DNA of 64,000 nucleotides from Plasmodiophora brassicae (Eukaryota): NCBI GenBank assembly GCA_036867785.1, contig CP145415.1, positions 682,001 to 746,000 of the forward strand, read 5' to 3'. Shown piece by piece: positions 22,020 to 33,600 of this stretch (position 1 is its first letter; each line of letters starts with the position of its first letter). The notes under the pieces were generated by a model. It saw only the letters and a program-made list of their open reading frames with translations, ran no database searches and was not told where the DNA came from. The position numbers and the translations under genes were made by a program.

Positions 22020-24104
22020 ATGTCGCAGGTCCCCGTACGACACCTGCTGCGGCTGGATGAGAAGGAGATCCGGACGATCAATGCGATCCAGTCCATGCTG
22101 GCCGCGTACCGCCTGAAGTCGGTCGTGCGGCTCGCCGGCGGCTGGCTGCGCGACAAGGTCGTCCGATGCGGGTTGCCGCCCCACCATCCCCTCCGCTGCC
22201 GCCTCACCGCTTGCTGTAGATGATGGGACGGACGACGAAGGAGCGCATCGAAGTGACCGTTGACGACATGAGCGGCGGCGATTTCGCCGAGGCCATGTCC
22301 CAGTTTCGCAAATCGAACGGTACGCCATCACCCCATCCATCCATTGACGCCCGTGCACACCGCATATGAACGTGGGCCGATCGATTAGAGCGGGCGCCTA
22401 AAGAGCCGTTCGACGTGAAGAAGACGAAGCGGAACCACCAGCAGACGGCTACCTGCGTCCCTCGAGGCGGCCTTGAAATTGACATCACCGGGTTGCAGTA
22501 CGTTGAAGGTAAAAAGCGCTCTGACAAACGGGTACGCGCGCGTGGTTCAGACTGGGTTCCCCCGGTGCGTTAACGCTGTCGATCAGGTGAAGATAACGCC
22601 CATGCAGGACGCCGTCCGTCGGGGAATAACGGTCAACGCCCTGTTCTTCAACCTCAAGAATGAGACCGTCGAAGACCTGCCTAATAGTGTATGTCCTCGA
22701 CTGTACCGCGTTGCCGCTGACACTGACGATACATTGCAAGGGACTCGCCGATCTTCGCGATCGCGTCATCCGGACCGTGATCGAACCGAAGAAGGCATTT
22801 CTGGACGATCCGCCAAAGGCAGTTGAAGCGATTCGGTTCGCAGGGGGTCTCAATTTCGGGCTGTGCCCTGAAGTTGCCGACGCGCTTCGCGACCCAGAGA
22901 CGCGCGACGCCCTATCCACCAGCCGGGACCGGCAACGGATCGGCAGCGAAATCCACGACATCTTCTTTGGCACACATATGAAAGCGTCGCAATGCGTCAA
23001 GCACATTGCCGACTTCGGGATGTATTCTCCGGCGTGTCTGGCGCCGCCACCGATTGATATTCCGGACCTGCACACCTTCGGTCAGGGTGCCGTGGATGCA
23101 ATGGAACGAGCCGATGCGTAAGTCTCCTGGAACTCCCGGCCCCGCCATGGTCGGCTTGACTGAGAATGGTTCAGACTGTTCAGGGAGCCGTGGCTCCAAA
23201 CCAGCCGAGAGCTGCGAAGGTGGATACATTTCGTCTGCTTCCTGTCGCCGTTCGCTCACGTCGACTATCCTGGAGTGGACGATGAAGAGCTGCCTGTTTT
23301 CCGTCACCTGATTCTGAAAGCTCTTCAGGTGCCTCGTCTGCAGCGATTGTCGTGACCCGTCACTGACCCAGACACAGTTGCCTGAGGACGTCTTCATGAA
23401 GGTTCACTACCTGGTGGGGTTCTCCCGAGAACTGGACGCTATTGCGACAGGACGTCGTCGACCTGGGGACCCGTCGAAAGATCCTCGTATGTTCGGACTC
23501 GGCCGTGCATTCATGGGTCTGACTGTTGCCCCCACTGACAGCGCTGCCAATCGACCAGCTGTTACGGAAGATGGGGGAGAACTTTCGAGACGTGTTCCCC
23601 GTCTGCGCCTGCCTCTACCCGGACAGCCAGGCCCCGCAACGCTTCCTCAAGAACCGTATCGAGTCGTCGCCGGTCCTGAAAAGCTACGCGAAGGAAGGCA
23701 CCGCGACCGGTGTAGCCGGTAAGGCCACAATCGGGAATGGCCTCAAGGCGTTCGAGGACATGACGCGGGATATGGGGGACGTGGATAAGGCGTTCGGAGA
23801 CGATGACAATGATATCTGGGCTGGGGCGCTGAAATCTCGAAAGCCGTTTGATTTCGACTTCGACGACGAAGGAGGGTTCGGCGCCGCCCTGGACGACGAT
23901 GGCGACCTGGACTTCGGTCGGTCGATTGGCAAGGCAGGACGGCGCAAGAGCAAACCGTCGGCACTGCCGCCGGACTTCGACGACTTCGATGACGTCGGCT
24001 TCGGTGGCGGTGACATGGACCAGGATCCCGATGTCCAGCAGTTCCATCGCGATCAGGCGCCTAAACGTGCAGGCAGACGCTCGGGCAAAGCCTTACGCAG
24101 ATGA
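22020..24104 (+). CDS. tRNA nucleotidyltransferase (CCA-adding enzyme)/class II NTase homolog, apparently catalytically degenerate (multi-exon)
   Basis: VRLAGGWLRDK, DAVRRGITVNALFFNL, GLADLRDRVIRTV, FLDDP, IRFA and SRDRQRIGSEI are colinear with eukaryotic CCA1, followed by an acidic tail. The frame is open back to ATG 21807, so the start is uncertain. Confidence 0.85.
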
Positions 24105-24289
24105 GCACGTTCGGCGCTCCCCGGTAACCATGCAAACGTACTTCAATGAACAACGATTCAGCGGATGTCGACCGCGCTGTCCATGCGCTAGCCAATGAGC
24201 CAAGACAGTGACGTTATGGATCAAAGGACTGCCATCTTCACGTGTAAGCCACACGTGGGACGGCGGGGAGGCCGTCGCGCCGGGTCGTC

Positions 24290-24470
24290 GTTGAGCCTCA
24301 GGTCCTGGCTGTGGCATGCGTCGTGTGCTTCCCTCTCCGTCAAGGCCTTCTTGGCGTATACTACTCGATTCGGAAGACAAAGCATACACGTCCTCGGCGA
24401 CACCTGCTTCCTGTTGAGGACGCGCCGCTCGGTGCCAGCCTCCAGCAGCAACCGCACCGTGTCGATCTGG
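24290..24470 (-). pseudogene. Degenerate fragment of a third ankyrin-protein paralog
   Basis: QIDTVRLLLEAGTERRVLN...YAKKALTEREA aligns with the neighbours' QIDMVILLLEKGADPRVRN...FARKSILEREA. The AEDV motif lies in a shifted frame, and there is no signal peptide or start. Confidence 0.7.
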
Positions 24471-24545
24471 GCACGTTGGAGCCCATCCCCGCCCACACTG
24501 GCGTCCCATTACGATCACATTCTGCTGTTGTGTAATGCCCGGGTT

Positions 24546-26003
24546 CTAAATGCAGATTAGCATGGTTGCCAGGCCTGATAACCCAGCGACGACGGCAGAC
24601 GCGCCTGACGGCGGTGCCGGGGACGACGAGATTGTGGGTACGTGGCGTGAGTCAGGGACCGGCCTGTGTGTGCTGATGACCTTGGTGCTTATTGCCAACG
24701 TGATGGCGGCAGCTGATGCAACAGCAGTACTTGTAAGAGGCCAAGTCTTCACGAGACGCGGCCGCTTTCCAGATCGGCGAGCATCGCTTCGCTTGACGAC
24801 CCAGTCGTGAATAACGACGGCCCCGGCAGTACCAACCAGCAATGCTGTGGCTTGAAGTGCGCGCCTGGCCACGACTCGGGGTCTGGACGTTGGTTGTCTC
24901 ACCGATGAAACGGGCTCGTGCGCGTCGGCCTGCAGGTTCTGCTTGGCGACTGAACGCTGGAACGCCTGAAGTGCTTCCGAGGTAGCGTTCCTCTTCATGT
25001 CAAGTCGCCGTTGTACGTCAGCGGCGTGTCGTCTCGCTGCGTCGCGTTTAGCCTGTTCCTTAGTGAGTCGTTCGTTGTCTTCGGCGGCCTGCTTTGCCAA
25101 CGCGTCTCGTTCTTGAGCTTCGCGTGCCATTTTCGCTTCCCTCTCCAAGATGGACTTCCTGGCAAACGCCAGGTTCGAAACGTAGTCTGAACGGGTGACG
25201 TCCTCGGCGGTCTGGCAGTACATGTTCCTCACGCGTGGATCGGCACCTTTCTCCAGCAGGAGGATAACCATGTCGATCTGGCCGGGCTTGGCGACTGCCA
25301 TGTGAAGCGCCGTGTTGTTGTGGTGGTCGAGTTCGTCGACTTGAACGACTTTGCGCTCAATAAGGAGCTTGGCGATTGGGACATGGTTGTGCAGGACGGC
25401 TTCTTGCAGGAACGACCGTTCGGGTTTCTTCCAGGATTTGACCCCATCAAGCAGCAACTGGACGGTGTCGACCTCCTGTGCTTTGCCGATGGCGTCGAAC
25501 ATGGCAGCATCCCAGCAGCTGAAGCACTCGAAATGTTGTGGATCGGCTTCCAGCAGGAAACGCACGATAGGTGCACCGCCCTTCTTGGAACAGGAGTAGG
25601 CCACGCTAGACAGCCGTTGCCCGCGTCCCCCCAGCTGTGGTCGGTGCGGCGACTGGAAGAGCACCTTCACCATTTCGAGGTTGTTGTTGTCTATGGCGAG
25701 GCGCAGTGGCGACACGTCACTGCTATCGGGTGCATGACAGTTCACCAGTTGGCTCAGCTGGCTTCCCACGATTCTTCGCACCAGGTTGAGCTTGCTGTCT
25801 CGGACGGCCTTATGGAACCAATGGCACGCCCATCCTTCATCCAACGCCTCGCTTATCGACCAGAGGAAACGCCCGGCGTCGTCGGTCCTAAACGCTTCGT
25901 CGATGGCCATCCTAGCGTTATATTGGCTCACTGACAGATATCCACTGCAGACCACGGCGCGCAATGCAAGAACCACACACACGCGCAGTGCCAAGACGGC
26001 CAT
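24546..26003 (-). CDS. Secreted/membrane ankyrin-repeat protein, paralog 1
   Basis: Signal peptide MAVLALRVCVVLALRAVVCSG, ankyrin repeats (SPLRLAIDNNNLEMVKVL, NTALHMAV..IDMVILLLEKGAD), coiled coil, three C-terminal hydrophobic segments. Intronless. Confidence 0.88.
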   Translation of the reverse strand: MAVLALRVCVVLALRAVVCSGYLSVSQYNARMAIDEAFRTDDAGRFLWSISEALDEGWACHWFHKAVRDSKLNLVRRIVGSQLSQLVNCHAPDSSDVSPLRLAIDNNNLEMVKVLFQSPHRPQLGGRGQRLSSVAYSCSKKGGAPIVRFLLEADPQHFECFSCWDAAMFDAIGKAQEVDTVQLLLDGVKSWKKPERSFLQEAVLHNHVPIAKLLIERKVVQVDELDHHNNTALHMAVAKPGQIDMVILLLEKGADPRVRNMYCQTAEDVTRSDYVSNLAFARKSILEREAKMAREAQERDALAKQAAEDNERLTKEQAKRDAARRHAADVQRRLDMKRNATSEALQAFQRSVAKQNLQADAHEPVSSVRQPTSRPRVVARRALQATALLVGTAGAVVIHDWVVKRSDARRSGKRPRLVKTWPLTSTAVASAAAITLAISTKVISTHRPVPDSRHVPTISSSPAPPSGASAVVAGLSGLATMLICI

Positions 26004-26236
26004 TCGGCGGGCGCCTGGCAAGAACCAAGCTTCTCCTCCTCACCGATGATGGACGCGGCGGCTGCCCTGTTTGCCTCACTCGGTTTTAGCAACCAGCAGC
26101 TCCTTCAGCCGCCCGAATTAGAAATGGTCCCGGCCGCCTGTGCAGCCGATGCAGTCTCGGACTTGTGCCATTTGTAACCCACCTCGTCGATAGTGTATCA
26201 GTCACGTCTCAGTGGCATGTATGCTAAAACACGCCG

Positions 26237-27673
26237 CTATACGCAGAACAGCGCGGCAACTGACAATGCGATGAAGGCTGGTATTGACGACGTGGACGGC
26301 GACGACGATGTGGATTTACGGCCCGGCGAGCGTTTACGGCTGCGCAGGATCTTGGCACCAACCGCCAACGTGATAGCAGCAGTGGGGGCAATGGCGCCAC
26401 GAACGTTCACAAGATCAGACAGCTTTCCCGACGGACGGTCGTGATGGGATTCCTCGACGGAACGTTCGCTGGCAAGGACCAGTCCAGTGGCGCCAAGTAC
26501 CAGCGCGGCGGACGCCTGAAGCGCGCGCTTGGCTATGATTCGGCCGCTGGACGTTGGTTGGCTGACAGGGGCGTCACGTCCCGGTTCGTCGACCGATTGC
26601 CGCTTGAGGATTGAACGCCGAAACGCGTCGATTGCTTCCGACGTGGCATTCTTCGTCTGGTCCAGTAGTCGCTGCAGCTTGACTTTGTGTTTGATCTCTG
26701 CGTCGCGCTCAGCTTGCTCTAGAGCGAGGCGCCTCTGCTCTTCTTCTCTCAGCCTCGCTTGTCTATGGCGTTCCTGAGCCTCGGCGGCCTTCTTCGCTTC
26801 CCTGCTCGCGATGGTTTTCTTGGCGAACGCTAGGTTGGAATGGTAATCCTGATGACAGACGTCGTAGACGGACTTGCAGTAGATGTTCAGCAGGCGTGGA
26901 TCGGCGCCTTTCTCCAGCAGCAGTGCAACCATTTCGATCTGGCCAGGCTTGGCGACGGCCACATGAAGGGCCGTGTTGTTGCAGTCGCCGCGTTCGTCGA
27001 CCTGGACGACGTTGCGCTCGAGAAGGACCCTGGCGACGGGGACGTTGTTATGCTGAACGGCTTCATGCAGATACGATCGTGTCGCTTTCGTCCAGGGCGA
27101 AATCTTGTCGAGCAGAACCTGAACGATTGCGACGTCTCCCGCTGTGCCGATGGCGGCGATCATGGCGTTGGCCCAGTAGCAGTCGTCGTCCTTAAGATGG
27201 GCGTCATTGTCCAGCAGGAACGCAACGATCCCGGCTGTGCCCTTCTTGGCGCTGGCGTACGGTACGCTGGATCGGCCTTTTGGCAATCTCGGTCCGTTCT
27301 GCGACTGGAACAGCACCTTAACCATGTCGAGGTTGTTGTTGTCTATAGCCAGACTGAGAGCGGACTGGTGGAGAACGCGATCGTTGTCGTCGCGTGCTTC
27401 GCAGTTCTCCATGTCGTTCAGCCGCTGTCCCCAGGTGAGGATGCTCCGTACCAGATCGACTCGGTTGCGTCGGACGGCATCGTGGAACATTCTGCAGGCC
27501 CACCCGCGGCTCGTATACGTCGCCCCTTCGACGACCTGCGCGAACCGCCGACCATTGTTATCGGCGTATGATTTGCGCAGGCACACGTCAACGGACGAGT
27601 CAAACAGACCAGCGCTGCACGTCGACATGGACGCAGCGAGCATCGCACACAGCGGCAGCGCAATGAATGTCAT
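26237..27673 (-). CDS. Secreted/membrane ankyrin-repeat protein, paralog 2
   Basis: Signal peptide MTFIALPLCAMLAASMSTCSA and the same architecture, colinear with paralog 1 (LAIDNNNLDMVKVLFQS, NNTALHVAVAKPGQI, NATSEA, RALQA). Confidence 0.88.
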   Translation of the reverse strand: MTFIALPLCAMLAASMSTCSAGLFDSSVDVCLRKSYADNNGRRFAQVVEGATYTSRGWACRMFHDAVRRNRVDLVRSILTWGQRLNDMENCEARDDNDRVLHQSALSLAIDNNNLDMVKVLFQSQNGPRLPKGRSSVPYASAKKGTAGIVAFLLDNDAHLKDDDCYWANAMIAAIGTAGDVAIVQVLLDKISPWTKATRSYLHEAVQHNNVPVARVLLERNVVQVDERGDCNNTALHVAVAKPGQIEMVALLLEKGADPRLLNIYCKSVYDVCHQDYHSNLAFAKKTIASREAKKAAEAQERHRQARLREEEQRRLALEQAERDAEIKHKVKLQRLLDQTKNATSEAIDAFRRSILKRQSVDEPGRDAPVSQPTSSGRIIAKRALQASAALVLGATGLVLASERSVEESHHDRPSGKLSDLVNVRGAIAPTAAITLAVGAKILRSRKRSPGRKSTSSSPSTSSIPAFIALSVAALFCV

Positions 27674-28160
27674 CGGCTTCGGCCGGCAGGTCGCGCAGAC
27701 GTGTCTCCCTGCTGCTGCGTTGGTGAACCCGCGGTTTGGGCACCCGTGACCATCCGGAATTAGAAACGGGTCGCCAACCCGTTGGAACCAATCGATGCAT
27801 AGCGCTATTCAGTGACGCCATCGGTGCGCTGATAGCCGAACAACAAGTACGCTGTCGTATCAAGAGCCGGCGAACGTTATCTGGGCAACGGATGCAGGCG
27901 ACGATGCCTCGGAGGATATATCGTTCGAGCTCAGGTTACGGACGACCCTATCGCCTGACGTCAGCCTGGTCGGCATTATTGGGGCAACCCGAGCAAGCGA
28001 CCAGACCCACCGTCACGCGGAAGGACAGCTTGCCAGGCAAGTGGCGTTGCCTATCGACAACAGGCGCAAGTTGAAATGAGTCGCAACTGGCCGTTTACGC
28101 ATCGATGCGCCCATGGGCAAAGACGGTTGGGTAACGAAAGGATAGCAGCATAAGGTTGTA

Positions 28161-29062
28161 TCAGAATGCGAACGTTGATGACCGTCGTGCGTCCTGAACG
28201 ATATCGAATGCATCAAGGGCCTCGTCATCTACGATGGGATCATCACTGAAGCTGCGCTCGAGGACGTCGTCCTCGTTGCTGGATGGAATGGGCGCCGCCG
28301 GGTCGTGTACGTCGCTCAGTGACGGCAGCTTGGGGAACAGAACGTCCGTGCTGATGCTAATCGACAGGTTGGCGTCAGATGCGGCGTACAGGCTCGAGTC
28401 AAGTTCGTCGTTATCATCCAACACGACAAGGTCGTCCACGTCCGAATACTGGTCATCGACCGATTTCGCTGGTTCATGGTCCAGCGCCGCTTGTGCTGGT
28501 GTTCGCGTTAGTTGCTGCATAGCTGACGAGGATGTTGTGTTATACCTGCGAGCGTCTTGGACTGTTTCTCATTAAGCCTCTCCAGCATGTCATCGATCTT
28601 CGTGATGTCAGGGAGCTGAGGAGCCGATGTCGTGGTTGTCGGGACGCCACCAGGTACGACCGGTATTTTCACCTCAACGGACGCTTTGCGTTTACTTGCG
28701 AGCATGTCCTCGAGGATGGATTTGTCGGACACCGACCGGTTTAACGCATCTTGTCCGACGCTGGCTTCGTGCGATAGCACCGACAGTGTATGCTTCAACT
28801 TATGAACGCGGAGAAAGTCAACGACAATCTGCAGAGCTTCGCTGCTGATGGGTTCGACATCGCGAGGGGCCGACTCTCCACGCTCGTGCTCATCCACAGC
28901 CGCGAACACCTCCGACCTTAACTCTGCCTACCGTCCCGTATCAGCACAGCGCATCGAACCGAACTCTGCAGCCTGGCCTACACGAAGACGAGCTAGGACC
29001 CCGCGTTTCTCTAGCACCTTTGTCACTACATCCTTCATGCGATCCAGCGAGCCAGTCTCCAT
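28161..29062 (-). CDS. FOP/FGFR1OP (CEP43)-like centrosomal/basal-body protein (3 exons)
   Basis: TOF/LisH N-terminus: MKDVVTKVLEKRGVLARLR|AELRSEVF...IVVDFLRVHKLKHTLSVLSHEA. Acidic C-terminal half. Confidence 0.78.
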
Positions 29063-29190
29063 CGCGCGCGCGTACAATGGACGTCCACTGTGACAGGTCG
29101 CAAGCCCCCGAGGGTACCGCCGCGCCTGACCTCCTCATCAAGCGTACCCTCTCGGGTACCGTTACACGCTCTGTATTGATGTCGACATGT

Positions 29191-30310
29191 TCACAAGAGA
29201 AGCACGGCAGAAATGATGGTGACGACCACAGTGACAACGACGTTGCTCCTGGAGCGGTGCGTGACGGCCCCTGACGAGGACCCGCCCGTCGTCCCGTCGT
29301 CTGGACAGGTCTGCAGCCCGTCATTCCAATAGTTCGACAGCGACATGTTCGGCGGCGGCAATGGGACACATTTCAGGCTGGGCATGCCGATTCGAAGACG
29401 AAGCGTCCTGACAGTCAAATGCTGGTTAACGAACACCAGCATCGGCGTGGCTGTTGGTGGTGTCGTACAGAGGGAACGGCCAGTTGCCTGTGTAGTGGGC
29501 CTGCTTGGAGAATAGCGTCCGAGGAAGCGCGCCCAGATCCGGATTGTATTCGAGGCCACTAAGCGCGCAGGTGGAGTTAGCAGGAAGATTTCGAGCGACA
29601 AATTGGACGGACATGTAGGACAGTGATATCAGTGCATCCAGGATCCCTGACGGCATCAACGTGACCTTGTTGCGCTGCAAGTTCCTGTTCAGGGATTAAC
29701 GAGCTGTAGGGTTCGCCAGGTCAACCAAGTGTTCGTACAGTCGCTGAAGCTTTGATAAGTTGTCGAATGTGCCTGGCTGTATCTGGGACAGCAGGTTGTC
29801 AGACAGGTCCCTGTGAAATCACGTCAGGGGTCCTATGTGGGTAGGTGAACTCTTGCTGGGGTACATACAGTTCTAGCAGGTTGGTCATGGCACGGAAAGT
29901 GTCTGCTGCAATGCCGGTGATCTGAAGGTTGTTCAGCAGCCTGAACAAAGACGTCAGCACGACCGGTAGAATTGCCAAGTATATGGACAACATACAATGA
30001 TGTATACTGTCCTGGGGTCATATTCGAACCGGAGAACCAGGTGGCGTCAATGTGACCGCTGGGCATCGACCAGTTTCCCAACCTATACACAGCGTATGCG
30101 TCAGGTCCGCAATTCCACATTCCCTCGTCATCCCATAATGTACACGACAGTGCTGGAGCCCGAACACCCGACATTATACCAGGTGCAAATGTTGGCCTGC
30201 GCCCGAATTGCGAGGCCCATCGCAATTGCCAATGTGACTGAATCGCCAGTCAGATCGTGCCTGTTGCGCCTGGATTCCAGGCGCGTACCTCGGTGAAACA
30301 TGGACGACAT
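29191..30310 (-). CDS. Secreted leucine-rich-repeat surface protein with GPI-like/TM C-terminus (about 8 exons)
   Basis: Signal peptide MSSMFHR|VTLAIAMGLAIRAQA, Cys cap CTWYNVGC, typical LRRs (LDLSDNLLSQIQPGTFDNLSKLQRLNLQRNKV), Gly/Ser linker, then terminal hydrophobic VVVTVVVTIISAVLLL*. Confidence 0.85.
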
Positions 30311-30638
30311 TAGACTACGCCAAGCCGCCTGCCACGACACCAGATGCCTCTGAACTCGATCTGTGGCACGCGCGTGCCTGACGCTGCTTGTCCCGCAAAT
30401 ATCAAGGACCAGGCCCTTGATTCGACACTGCAGGCGTCCTTCAAATGACCTGATGACTGTTTATTCGACCTGGCGATTGTTCGACCTGGTATTCTAAATG
30501 CCGTTGTAATTCCCGCTGTACGGTAGGGGGCGCTGGGGGTGAAAACTGCGACGCGGCAATTGTGGGCCGGGGTCCCCGTCGGGTCCCCAAGCCCGCCAAG
30601 CGGCAGAGCAGTTCGGGAATTTGTCGTCGCGAGTCGCG

Positions 30639-33600
30639 ATGGCGGCGGATCGCGCCGAGAAGGCCGGCGGCGGCATACGCGAGCTGATCGTCAAGGACTT
30701 CAAGTCGTGGGGCGGGGAGCAGGTCGTCGGCCCGTTCCGCACGTTCACCTGCATCGTCGGGTGCAATGGGTCCGGCAAGTCCAACTTGATGGATGCCATC
30801 AGGTTGGTGCCGGCGGCAACACGGTACGACGCGCACAGGTCTGACAATGCGGATAGTTTCGTGCTCGGCGTGAAGACAATGCAGTTACGCGGCAGCCAAG
30901 TCAAGGATCTTATCCATCGTGCGGTGAGACTGGATTTGGCGTAGGCGCCTTCATAGCAATGTTGCTGAGGAATTTCCAGGCGGACGGTACGCAGGCGGAC
31001 AGCGCATTTGTTGAAATCGTGTACGAAGATGCAGACAGAATGGTGACAACGTTCCGTCGAGCCATATCCGGTACAGGGCTGTAAACAGAATCGCCGATCG
31101 GGAATATCTGAGACGAATTCATTTTAGCGGTGTCCTGCAAGACGACGTACACCTACAATGGCAGGACAATCAAATGGTCACCATACAGCGTGGCAGATAT
31201 CGAGGCATACCTTACCGTTGCCTTCGCAGGTCGGAGTACGAGTCCCTTCTCGCCGACATTGGCGTGCTGGTTCGTGCGCGAAACTCTCTGGTCTTCCAGG
31301 GCGATGTCGAGTCAATTGCCCAAAAGTCGTCATCAGAGCTGACAAACCTGTTTGAAGAGATATCTGGATCCGCGAGGCTTCAGCAAACGTACACTGAGGT
31401 GAGACGATGACGTCATTGGCGGATTGAGGGTTAACCGTGTAACCTAGCTACAAAGATCCGCTTCAGAAGCTGAAACGCAGTTCCTGCGATCATTCGAGAA
31501 GAGGAAGGGGCTGGCGAAGGAGAAACGACAGTTGAAAGAACAAAAGGTGCCTGATTGAACCACAGTGGCGCATTTTCTTACATTGGTCCTTTTCAGGAAG
31601 AAGCTAAACGCTTCCAGGAGCTATGTGCATCGCGACAGGAGTTGAAGGAACAGCTCTTCTTGTGGCAACTCTTTCACATGGGAGAGGACTTAAAGGCGCA
31701 AGCTGAACGATTGAAGGAAGCTAGGGCGGATGAAGAAGAGGTATTTGGTAATATTTTCAATTCGCTCTCCGGTTCATTGACTACATTGGCCTGCAGCTTA
31801 GCGAAGAGCGATCTGACATTGAGCGGCAAATTAACGTGTCTAACAAAGCTCTCGGTACTGCACGTCGGAAACGCTCCGCCCTTGAGCAGTCCATCGCTGA
31901 CCGCAAGAAGTCTCTTGATGACATGGTTTGCCTGCCGTTCGGAACAATCGCATGATTTCTCAGAGTGCTTCCAGACCACGAAACGTATCAAGCTTAAGGA
32001 GGAAGAGGAGTTCATGGAGGAAACACTCAAAAGTGAAGAGGCTGAGCTGTCCAAGGTCACAGGCGTCTCATCTGTGTTTCGCCTTAGTGCTATGCTTATG
32101 CTGCAGTTGTAGGGACTTCAGGAGCGAAAGAAGGAGAGTTCTGCATTGACGAAATTGGAGAAACAATTCAGGGTATTGTAAATGGCGCGTTGCGGTCTGT
32201 ATCAACCCTGACTCATCGATGTCTGCTGCAGGAACTGGAGAAAGAATACGAAGAATTTAACGCTTCAAAGGAGTCTGGCAGAGAGGCTTTGGAGTTGAGC
32301 GAGGCCAACTTGGCTCGCTACAAAGAATGCCAGCGCGAGGCGGCTCTGAAGACCGCCGGCATGCGGCAAGAACGACAACGACTGGAGCTACAGATAAGGT
32401 ACTGCAAGCAATGTGGCAGTACACGTGTACCAGGAATCAACTGTGGTGTCCAGTTCATTGGCCGCGAGTGAAAACGACATGCGCACACAACTGGAGGGTC
32501 TACATAAGCACGAGGCGCAGTTAGTATCATCTAGGGCAGTGCAGGTTACCCGGCTCCAAAAGCTGGACGAGAACCTGGCGTCAACAAGCGGGAAGCTTTC
32601 CACGTTACAATCGCAGCTCGAATCTCTGATGGACTCGAAATCAACGAATGCGACGCTTCGTTCCCAATTGAACTCGGAGCTTGCAGCTATCGAGCAGCAA
32701 CTCTTAGGCATTCGCGTCGACCGCGCTGAGTCGGCTCGTGAGGTATTGGTGATGTTGCCTCAGCCACCGTCGCTGTAGCTAATATTGTATCTACTTTCAG
32801 ACGAGGTTCAATGCTGCGATTTCAGCTCTCCAGCGTCTATACCCAGGTCCACTAAATTGCTGTGTTTGGTACCGTTACTTATGTGTGCCGTAGGTGTTCG
32901 TGGGCGTTTGAGCTCGTTATGCAGACCGACGCAACGGAGATACCACTCCGCTGTTGCAACGGCTTTGGGGAAAAATCTACATGCGATCGTTGTCGACACG
33001 AAGCGGACCGGTATCTGTGGCTAAGTCCGATCATGACTCGTTTAACGGAGTCTATTGTCCAATAGCCCTTGAAGCCATCCGCTATTTTAAAGAACAACGC
33101 GTCGGCACAGCGACTTTCCTTCCGCTTGACGCACTGCATGTGCCGCCCAGCTCTGCAGATGCAATCCGTCAACAGGTTGCCCGATTCTTAGGTTGACTTT
33201 CATAATTTCTCATGAGTGTTGTCAGACCGGGATCGCCGTCAAACTTGTTCAGGATGTAATTGAGGCCGACGAATCCGTTCAGAAAGCACTTCTATATGCC
33301 TGCGGTGATACTATATTAGCAGAGTCTCTTGACGAGGCACGCGTTATCGCCTTCGGTTCCAGACGTTACAAGGTGTGTCTGTTCAGGCATAGCTAGTGCT
33401 CCGATTAGCTCAAAGGTGTGTTCGCTCAGGTGGTGACAATCCATGGCGAACTGCTGCACAAGTCGGGAAACATGTCTGGCGGTGCTGCTCGCGATGAAAC
33501 GTCTACCTCGGCCTCCACCTGGGATCGTTCAAAGCTGAACGATCTCAAGAACCAACGCGACAGGTTGATTGAGCGTCTGTCCAAGATCGAGTCAGAGCAT

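Noticed and set aside
24554-24565. AGATTAGCATGG matching part of U6 snRNA
   Set aside because: No adjacent ACAGAGA box or U6 stem-loop; it is antisense to the ankyrin CDS end.
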